Below, in pieces: positions 1 to 6,965 of a stretch of 64,000 bases of DNA. Numbering within the stretch: position 1 is the stretch's first letter; every line of letters begins with the position of its first letter. This stretch comes from an uncultured Acidobacteriota bacterium (lineage in GTDB: Bacteria; Acidobacteriota; Terriglobia; Terriglobales; Acidobacteriaceae): positions 3,307-67,306 of the forward strand of contig CAVVVU010000018.1 of assembly GCA_963751805.1 (NCBI GenBank). Reading direction: 5' to 3'. The notes beneath the pieces were generated by a model. The model saw only the letters and a list, made by a program, of their open reading frames with translations, was not told where the DNA came from and ran no database searches. Both the position numbers and the translations under genes were made by a program.

Positions 1-860
1 GTACGTTCGGCGGCGACTTCCTGCTGTCGGCGAGTTATGGAGGCCACGGGAACTGGTACGGGAGTTCGGTGACCTGATGGGTTCATCAACAGCATGAGAA
101 AACTGGGAACGGCGGCGGTGGCCATGACGACGGCCAAGGCGGCGTACGGGCGGGCAGACTTTGTGACGGTGACGGAACGGTGACCGGGACAGCCGGCAGA
201 GCGGAACACCAAGGGAAGGTGGCGTCGACCCTGGCAGGACGGCAACATGTCGACATGGCGACCTTGCAGGCCAGGACGGCAACCATGTCCGGCGTTTACG
301 TCGATGTTCCGGATGCAGCTGCGAATCGGCAGACCCGGCGGCGGCCAACGTTTCTGGGATACGAAGTATGCGGCGCAGTCTTCGGCTTCCTCGGCGCTCA
401 CGCCGACGGGCACTTTTCCATGTCGACGACCACGCAGGAGGTGGCGGTGAAGATCGGCGGGATCGGCTACCGGGCGGTGACGGACTTTGAACGGGCAGAG
501 CGGGGCGGACGGTGGTGGACATGCTCGGCGAAGCCACGGGATCACGTGCTGCTGTTTATGCCTCGTTCTCACTCTGGGGCGGGGTGATGGCATGGATGAC
601 CCTGAAGGCGGCCAGGATGGTGAAGCGGGGACGCACGCCGAGCGACAGCCTCGGCGGGGGGCGGACGCATACGGCGCAGATGCTGGTGGTAGTGCAGTAA
701 GGCTGCAAGTGGTGAGTGGAAGAAGATGAGTAGTGCGTGATACGTACGAGGCCTTCATTGGTGTGTGTGTGCGAGCGGAGTGTGGAAGGCGTCGTTGCGC
801 GGCAGAGAGCTTGGGTAACAGGGCGGCTGATACACTGAAAGTTCGGCGGGCGGCCGGGCT
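1..860 (+). other. Corrupted coding-like sequence, possibly the 3' part of a TonB-dependent receptor
   Basis: Only short broken frames (e.g. TFGGDFLLSASYGGHGNWYG at 3-77), no continuous ORF. Identity is inferred mostly from context upstream of phosphotransferase-pnuC; sequence quality looks poor. Confidence 0.2.
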
Positions 861-878
861 TTTGGATTTGACAGAACA

Positions 879-2088
879 ATGGAGAAGGGATTTAAGGCGC
901 ACGGGCTGACGGGTTCGATGGAGGCGCCGGACTGGCCTGCGCTGACTCTGCCGGAGGTTGACGCGCTGCTGCGCTCGTACCCCGAGGCGGGTGGGGCGGT
1001 GCGGGTGGTATCGGTGAGCCCGCGGCCGTTTTCTGCGGGCAGCGTGGTGGAGACGCGGCGGGGGCGCGTACCGGGGCGGGGATTTGTGAGCGGCCGCGGC
1101 CGCGGTGCGCGATCATGCCGGGCTGATGGAGGAGCATCGACTGCTGCACTTTTTGGCGGGGCGGACAGACCTGGTGAAGGCGCCGCTGATGAATCGAGAC
1201 GGTCAATCCGTGGCTTGCACGGGCGATTGGACTTACGAGGTGCATCCGGTAGCAGACGGGCTGGATGATATGAGGAGGCGCTTTCGTGGACGCCGTTTTT
1301 GCACGCCGGGCATGCACGGGCGGCGGGGCGAGCGCTGGGGGAACTGCACCGAGCGGTTGAGGGGTATGACGGGAAACGCAGAAAGACACAGCCGCTGGCT
1401 GGGGAGCTTCTCGATTTTTGGCGGAGGGCTGGAGAGCCATAGCAAAAGTGAAGGTCCGGTTGAACGGATGGAGGGATACCTAGCCGTTCGACCGATGCTG
1501 CGGGCGTATGCGGAGCAGCGGGAGTGGCGACGGGCGTTCGCCGAGGTGCTCATGCCGTTCTACGAGCGGCTGGAGCCGTGGTTGAAGGAGTTGACGCCGC
1601 TTTGGACGCACAACGATCTGGATGCTTCGAATTTGACGTGGACTGGAAAAGGGCGCAGGGGCGCGCGCGTGCAACATCATCGACTTTGGATTGGCGGATT
1701 TGACGACGGCCGTCTATGACGTGGCGACGGCCATCGAGCGGAACTGCGTGGAGTGGCTGGGTGTTGGGCATTCAGAGGATCTGGTGCATTTGGAGCTTGC
1801 CGACGCCCTGCTGGGTGGGTACGAGGAAGTGCGTTCTTTCAGCGCGGCCGAGCGGCAGGCAGCTGGCAGGGCTGTTGCCGCTGGTGCACTGCGAGTTTCG
1901 CTATCGGAGACGGATTACTTCCTGAGCATATTGGGGTCGGAAGAGAAGGCGCGGTTGGGGTATGAGGGGTATTTCCTGGGGCATGCTGCGTGGTTTGAAA
2001 GCGGCGCGGGCCTGCGGTTGCTGGAGCAGATGCAGGGCTGGGCCGACGGTGGACGGGTGGCCTGCATGCTCGGGACGGGGAGCGGTGA
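879..2088 (+). CDS. APH/choline-kinase-like phosphotransferase, several frameshifts
   Basis: ORFs 879-1268, 1105-1719 and 1691-2137 join into one kinase: HGLTGSMEAPDWP start, WTHNDLDASNL catalytic-loop motif, DFG-like segment then ADLTTAVYDVATAIERN. TGATG overlap with pnuC at 2086-2090. Confidence 0.75.
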
Positions 2089-2717
2089 TGTCGCCTGCTG
2101 CGCATGTGGTTCTTTGGCTGAACGAGCACTGGTTTGAGCTGCTGGCGGCGGCGGTGAGCGCTCTGGACGTATGGCTGGCTACGAAGCGGAGCATGATTTC
2201 GTGGCCGGTGACGATCCTGGCGAGCGGGTTGTATGCGGAGCAGTTTCGCGAGAGCCGGCTGTATTCGGACATGCTGTTGCAGGGGATGTTTGTGGCGTTT
2301 GCGGTGTATGGGTGGTGGCACTGGTATCGCGGGCTGAAGGCGGAGGGCGCGGTGCGGGTGGTGACACCGCGAGCGGCGCAACTGGCGAGGGATGCGGTGA
2401 TCGGAGCGGGCGCGAGCGTGCTGCTGGGGTGGTGGATGAAGCACCATACTGACGCTTCCCTGCCCTGGCTGGATGCGGCGCTGACGGGGTTCAGCCTGGT
2501 GGGGACTTGGTGGGGCGCGCAGAAGTACATAGCCAACTGGTGGCTGTGGATCGGGCTGGATGTGATTTACATCGGGGAGTACGTGTACAAGCGGCTGGAC
2601 CTGACGGCGGGGCTGTATGGGCTGTTTGTGTTGCTGGCGGCGCTGGGGTTGCGGGACTGGACGAGGGCGTTGCGGGTGCAGAGGAGCGCGATGGTGGTGG
2701 AGGCCGGCGCGGCATGA
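2088..2717 (+). CDS. pnuC: PnuC-family vitamin/nicotinamide riboside transporter
   Basis: Hydrophobic protein with LYSDMLLQ, YGWWHW, PWLDAALT and NWWLWIGLDVIYI motifs; ATG at 2088 in frame with ORF 1962-2717. Confidence 0.9.
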   Translation: MSPAAHVVLWLNEHWFELLAAAVSALDVWLATKRSMISWPVTILASGLYAEQFRESRLYSDMLLQGMFVAFAVYGWWHWYRGLKAEGAVRVVTPRAAQLARDAVIGAGASVLLGWWMKHHTDASLPWLDAALTGFSLVGTWWGAQKYIANWWLWIGLDVIYIGEYVYKRLDLTAGLYGLFVLLAALGLRDWTRALRVQRSAMVVEAGAA

Positions 2718-3619
2718 TCGGGAGCATTGTTTCGGAAAAAGAGAAGACGCTGTCGGAGCAGGAGAGATGGCCGGCGCACGTGCGGACAGGGCTGTTTCCT
2801 CTGCATTTTCGCCGTTCGTTTTCACTGCATCGAATGGGTCCGTATGACCGGACAATTGGCTTGACGGATGACTGCTTCCGCAAGGCGTTCTTCTTTGGGG
2901 GGGTGGCGGGGGCGGTGGAGTTCTGTCGCGATGGCGAGGCAGTGCGGGTGACTGCGTATGGCGAGCGTGCCGAGGCGTTGCTGACGGAGGTAGGACGCGG
3001 GCTTTCGCAGGGTGATTTGTACGATGAGTTCGCGACGGAGGACAGCGGCATTCTTAGGCTGCACCGACGGATGACGGGGTTGCGGCTGCTGCGGGTGCCG
3101 TGGTTGTATGACTCGACTTGCGGGATCATTTTGCAGCAACGGGTGCGGAGCGTGGATGCGTTTCGTGACTGGCGGCGGCTGACGCAGCGCTATGGGATGG
3201 ATGGACCGCTGGGGCTGAGGGTGTTTCCGGCGGCAGAGGTGCTGGCCAAGGTGCCGCTGCATGAGTTGGAGCGGATGGGGATCGATCAGCAGAGGGGGCG
3301 TACGCTGCTGCGGTTTGCCAACGAGATGCGGTTTGTGAAGTTCGATATGGGGATGAGCTTTGCGGATCTGCGGCGAAGCCTGCTGGGCGTAGCGGGCATC
3401 GGTGAGTGGACGGCGGAGTCGGTGCTGGGGCTGAGCGGTGGGGATGTGGATGCGGCGATTCCCGGCGACCTGCATCTGCCGCGGGTGGTCTGCTATGCGC
3501 TGGCGGGGGAGATGCGGTGGAGCGATGAGCGAATGATGGAGCTGCTGGAGCCGTTTCGCGGGCATCGGTACCGGGTGATCCGGCTGCTGTATGCTTCGGG
3601 GCTGGATGTGCCGTGGTGA
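2714..3619 (+). CDS. DNA-3-methyladenine glycosylase 2 (AlkA-like, HhH-GPD) family protein
   Basis: ILQQRV, HhH motif LLGVAGIGEWTA and PGDLHLP; ATGA overlap with the pnuC stop. Confidence 0.85.
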   Translation: MIGSIVSEKEKTLSEQERWPAHVRTGLFPLHFRRSFSLHRMGPYDRTIGLTDDCFRKAFFFGGVAGAVEFCRDGEAVRVTAYGERAEALLTEVGRGLSQGDLYDEFATEDSGILRLHRRMTGLRLLRVPWLYDSTCGIILQQRVRSVDAFRDWRRLTQRYGMDGPLGLRVFPAAEVLAKVPLHELERMGIDQQRGRTLLRFANEMRFVKFDMGMSFADLRRSLLGVAGIGEWTAESVLGLSGGDVDAAIPGDLHLPRVVCYALAGEMRWSDERMMELLEPFRGHRYRVIRLLYASGLDVPW

Positions 3620-3623
3620 GGGC

Positions 3624-3992
3624 TTAGGATCCTTGCTTGTAGGCAATATTCAGTTGGGTTGCCATTCGCGCCAGTCGTTTGTCGTTCGTCCAGAAAAGCG
3701 CGTCATTGAGAAAAGCGGAAGCCAGTAGTTGCAAGTCGATGTAACCCGCACCCTTGCCAAAAAACTGATGCATCTCCACAAAGAAAAGAACCTCATCGTG
3801 CTGGGCTTCGGGCATCAGGGGCAAATCGCGCAGGAATTCGAGATACGACGTTCGATCCGGAAGTGAGCCACAGGCTAGCTCCCCGATCACTCCGGGGTGG
3901 AGGATGACCGATTTCGCCAGTATGAGTTCTGTGAGGTGTGGAGCGACGCCACGCTGATGATCGATCCAGACCGAAGTGTCGATGAGGATCAC
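3624..3992 (-). CDS. vapC: VapC PIN-domain toxin
   Basis: MILIDTSVWIDH, VIGELACG, GYIDLQLLASA and WTNDKRL PIN motifs; overlaps the antitoxin stop by 4 bp. Confidence 0.92.
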   Translation of the reverse strand: MILIDTSVWIDHQRGVAPHLTELILAKSVILHPGVIGELACGSLPDRTSYLEFLRDLPLMPEAQHDEVLFFVEMHQFFGKGAGYIDLQLLASAFLNDALFWTNDKRLARMATQLNIAYKQGS

Positions 3993-4222
3993 GATTCGAG
4001 CTTCGCCAGCTCTTCCGCGTATTCGGGCGACGGCTCCGAGCGGCGACGCGGGATGTACTCCAAATTGGGAGCGGTGCCCCCGAGTTTGGCCAAGCGTCTG
4101 CCCGCCTCCGTTTGAACCAGTTCAGTGAGCGCTCGCTTCAGGAGCGGCCCTGTTTCTTCGATACCGGTCAGCTGTTTGGCGCGGGCGAGAAGTTGATCGT
4201 CGAGAGTTACTGTGGTCCTCAT
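3989..4222 (-). CDS. vapB: VapB antitoxin
   Basis: MRTTVTLDDQLL...RRLAKLGGT...IPRRR, typical RHH-type VapB, directly upstream of vapC. Confidence 0.9.
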   Translation of the reverse strand: MRTTVTLDDQLLARAKQLTGIEETGPLLKRALTELVQTEAGRRLAKLGGTAPNLEYIPRRRSEPSPEYAEELAKLES

Positions 4223-4236
4223 GGCCGTCTCCCATC

Positions 4237-4276
4237 TGCATCAATCATGGCATCATTTGATGACATTATAGATGCT
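4237..4276 (-). promoter_or_regulatory. vapBC promoter/operator
   Basis: Perfect TATAAT on the minus strand (4270-4265), palindrome CATCA-TT-TGATG (4251-4262) and repeated GCATCA half-sites over the expected start site. No good -35 seen. Confidence 0.55.
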
Positions 4277-4382
4277 GGCAGACGAATGGAGATATAGCTC
4301 CAGCGAGCGATCACTTTACATCTGGAATGCGCCTTGAACGCTATGATGAAAAGGTGGCGTTTCGGGCCACGAGGAGTTTGGA

Positions 4383-5351
4383 TTGGCGATCAGGGAATTT
4401 ATCAAGCATCATTACCGACACTTCAATGCGGCGGCGCTGGTGGATGCGGCGGAAGGGTACATCAAGCTGGTGGAAACCGGTGGCAAGATGTTTTTGACCA
4501 TGGGCGGGGCGATGAGTACGGCGGAACTGGGGCTGTCGCTGGCAGAGATGATCCGGCAGGACAAGGTGCATGCGATTACCTGCACCGGCGCGAACCTGGA
4601 AGAGGATGTGTTCAACCTGGTGGCGCATGACTACTACGAGCGGGTTCCGAATTATCGCGACCTGACGCCGCAGGACGAGGTCAAGCTGCTGGACCGGCAC
4701 ATGAACCGCGTGACCGATACGTGCATTCCCGAGATGGAAGCCATGCGGCGAATCGAGAAGGTGGTTCTGAAGGAATGGATGCGCGCCGACCAGGCAAATG
4801 AGGCTTTCTTTCCGCACCAGTTCATGTACAAGATTCTGCTGTCGGGGGATTTGAAGGAGTCGTACCAGATCGATCCGAAGAACAGCTGGCTGCTGGCGGC
4901 GGCGGAGAAGAACCTGCCCATGTTTGTGCCGGGGTGGGAGGATTCGACGCTGGGCAACATGTATGCCGGGCACTGCATTTCAGGGGATGTGAAGAAGGTG
5001 CACACGGTGCGGACAGGCATCGAGTACATGATGGAGCTGGCGGAGTTTTACACCAACACGACAGCGAAGACGCCGCTGGGATTCTTCCAGATTGCGGGCG
5101 GCATTGCAGGGGATTTCCCGATTTGCGTGGTGCCGATGCTGCACCAGGATCTGCAGCGGGAGCATGTACCGCTGTGGGCGTATTTCTGCCAGATCTCGGA
5201 CTCGACGACCAGCTACGGGTCGTATTCGGGGGCGGTACCGAACGAGAAGATTACGTGGGGCAAGTTGGGAGTCGATACGCCGAAGTTCATCATCGAATCG
5301 GATGCGACGATTGTGGCGCCGCTGATTTTTGCGTATGTGCTGGGATGGTAG
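4383..5351 (+). CDS. Deoxyhypusine synthase-like protein (polyamine synthesis)
   Basis: GAMSTAE, TGANLEED, PGWEDSTLG and SYSGAVPNEKITWGK motifs; TTG start with AGGAG RBS. Confidence 0.92.
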   Translation: MAIREFIKHHYRHFNAAALVDAAEGYIKLVETGGKMFLTMGGAMSTAELGLSLAEMIRQDKVHAITCTGANLEEDVFNLVAHDYYERVPNYRDLTPQDEVKLLDRHMNRVTDTCIPEMEAMRRIEKVVLKEWMRADQANEAFFPHQFMYKILLSGDLKESYQIDPKNSWLLAAAEKNLPMFVPGWEDSTLGNMYAGHCISGDVKKVHTVRTGIEYMMELAEFYTNTTAKTPLGFFQIAGGIAGDFPICVVPMLHQDLQREHVPLWAYFCQISDSTTSYGSYSGAVPNEKITWGKLGVDTPKFIIESDATIVAPLIFAYVLGW

Positions 5352-5374
5352 TTCGCAGGGTGAAAAATGAGACG

Positions 5375-5403
5375 TTGACCCAACCATCGGTTCAGGATAG
5401 AAA
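5375..5403 (+). promoter_or_regulatory. Sigma-70-like promoter for the leader-peptide transcript
   Basis: TTGACC (5375-5380), 17 bp spacer, TAGAAA (5398-5403). The predicted start site falls about on the A of ATG 5410. The -10 lacks the conserved last T. Confidence 0.5.
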
Positions 5404-5409
5404 CGACGT

Positions 5410-5490
5410 ATGAGGAATGGCTTCACGAGCGGGATGTGTTGTTGCTGTTGTTGCGGCGACGGCGTGTGCGCTCGGGTTGCGGAGAGATGA
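5410..5490 (+). CDS. Poly-cysteine leader peptide (26 aa, MRNGFTSGMCCCCCCGDGVCARVAER)
   Basis: Read by hand: six consecutive TGT/TGC codons (5437-5454) plus a seventh Cys; lies upstream of a terminator hairpin and a sulfur-linked transporter family gene. Confidence 0.75.
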   Translation: MRNGFTSGMCCCCCCGDGVCARVAER

Positions 5491-5521
5491 TGTGAGGTAG
5501 ATCGAAGTCATCTCGGGTTTT

Positions 5522-5570
5522 GCAAACGGCCTGCATGTCAAGCGAACGCTGACGGCGGGCCGTTTTGTTT
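5522..5570 (+). terminator. Intrinsic terminator (attenuator) hairpin
   Basis: AAACGGCCTGC (5524-5534) pairs with GCGGGCCGTTT (5555-5565, one G-U), inner stem GTCA/TGAC, followed by TTTTGTTT. Confidence 0.75.
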
Positions 5571-5594
5571 GGTTGGGAAAGGAGCAGATTCGCG

Positions 5595-5717
5595 ATGGCG
5601 GAAGAGTTGGTAAAGAAACGTGAAGGATGGGTGACGCTCGATGTGTGGGCGGTGCTGCTGGCGTTTGTGCTTGCCCTGCTGGTGAAGTTTGGCGTGTTGC
5701 AGCATGTGGCGTGGTGA
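5595..5717 (+). CDS. Small single-pass membrane protein (40 aa) preceding yeiH
   Basis: MAEELVKKREGWVTLDVWAVLLAFVLALLVKFGVLQHVAW; AAAGGAG RBS at 5578-5584; one clear TM helix; below the ORF-track cutoff. Confidence 0.75.
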   Translation: MAEELVKKREGWVTLDVWAVLLAFVLALLVKFGVLQHVAW

Positions 5718-5739
5718 GCGGAAGACCGAGGAGAGAGCG

Positions 5740-6834
5740 ATGGCGAGTGCGACGACGTTTGTGGGGCGGGATGAAGCGGGGGCGGCCGGAACGCTGAAGC
5801 GGGCGGTGCAGTTGATTCCGGGGATTTTGCTGCTGGCGGCGATTGGGCTGGCGGCGAAGTGGATTGAGCAGACGACGAATGCGTACACCAAGGCGCACCA
5901 CATCGTGTTTCCCAATATCGAATACGTGCTGTGGGCGATCGTGATCGGGCTGCTGATTGGGAATTTGATCAAGCTGCCGGCAATCTTTCAGGCGGGTGTG
6001 GCGACGTATGAGTTCTGGCTGAAGGCGGGCATTGTGCTGCTGGGATCGCGATTTCTGCTGGGGGATGTGGCCAAGCTGGGCGGCGTGAGCCTGCTGCTGG
6101 TGTTCATCGAGATCAGCGGGGCGCTGCTGCTGATGACGGCGCTGGGAAGGGCGTTCGGGCTGCGCCCGAAGCTGGTGAATCTGCTGGCGATTGGGTCGTC
6201 GGTGTGCGGGGTTTCGGCGATCATTGCGGCCAAGGGTGCGATCGATGCGGACGATGAGGATTCCTCGTTTGCGATTGCGGCGATTTTGGCGCTGGGTGCG
6301 CTGTCGCTGGTGGTGTTTCCGGTGGTGGGGCATGCGCTGCACCTGAGCGATCATGCGTACGGGGTGTGGACGGGGCTGGCGGTCGATAACACGGCGGAGA
6401 CCGCGGCTGCGGGGGCGTTGTATTCAGACACGGCGGGGAAGATGGCGGTGTTGACGAAGACGTGCCGGAATGCGCTGATTGGATTTGTGGTGCTGGGGTA
6501 TGCGATCTACTGGGCGCGCAAGGGGCAGGCGGGCGTGGTGGGGAACAAGGCGGCGTTTTTGTGGCAGAAGTTTCCCAAGTTTGTGCTGGGATTTTTGGTG
6601 ATCTCGGCGGCGGTTTCGCTTGGGGCGTTCAACGCGGACCAGGTGAAGAGCCTAGCGAATTTGTCGCGATGGGCGTTTCTGCTGACGTTTGCGGGAGTGG
6701 GGCTGAATACGAACTTTCGCAACTTGTCGAAGCAGGGGGTGCGGCCGTTTGCGGTGGGGGTGCTGGGGGAGATCCTGATTGCGGTGTTGACGCTGGGACT
6801 GGTGGTGGGGGCGAACCGGTATTGGCCGTTGTAG
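5740..6834 (+). CDS. yeiH: YeiH / putative sulfate exporter (PSE) family membrane protein
   Basis: LK.GIVLLG, GSSVCGVSAIIA and FPKFVLGF motifs, about 10 TM segments; GAGGAG RBS. Confidence 0.9.
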   Translation: MASATTFVGRDEAGAAGTLKRAVQLIPGILLLAAIGLAAKWIEQTTNAYTKAHHIVFPNIEYVLWAIVIGLLIGNLIKLPAIFQAGVATYEFWLKAGIVLLGSRFLLGDVAKLGGVSLLLVFIEISGALLLMTALGRAFGLRPKLVNLLAIGSSVCGVSAIIAAKGAIDADDEDSSFAIAAILALGALSLVVFPVVGHALHLSDHAYGVWTGLAVDNTAETAAAGALYSDTAGKMAVLTKTCRNALIGFVVLGYAIYWARKGQAGVVGNKAAFLWQKFPKFVLGFLVISAAVSLGAFNADQVKSLANLSRWAFLLTFAGVGLNTNFRNLSKQGVRPFAVGVLGEILIAVLTLGLVVGANRYWPL

Positions 6835-6891
6835 GTGAACGGCTCGGGGCCATCGAGGGCCCTGGTAGAACCTTGCTGCGCGGCATAGGGC

Positions 6892-6930
6892 GGCACGACT
6901 GAAGTCGTGCCTGTTGCAAAACCTGCAACA
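6892..6930. repeat. REP-like palindrome / hairpin pair between convergent genes
   Basis: GGCACGAC-TGAA-GTCGTGCC (6892-6911) followed by TGTTGCA...TGCAACA (6912-6930). Resembles palindromes I recall as dispersed in acidobacterial genomes; only one copy in this window. Confidence 0.5.
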
Positions 6931-6965
6931 TCGAGTTCGTCGCCTAGCTGAACGTCGAACTGCCC

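Noticed and set aside
5437-5454. The TGTTGTTGCTGTTGTTGC tract as a plain microsatellite
   Set aside because: It mixes synonymous TGT/TGC codons in frame with an ATG and sits between a promoter and a terminator, so a coding explanation fits better.
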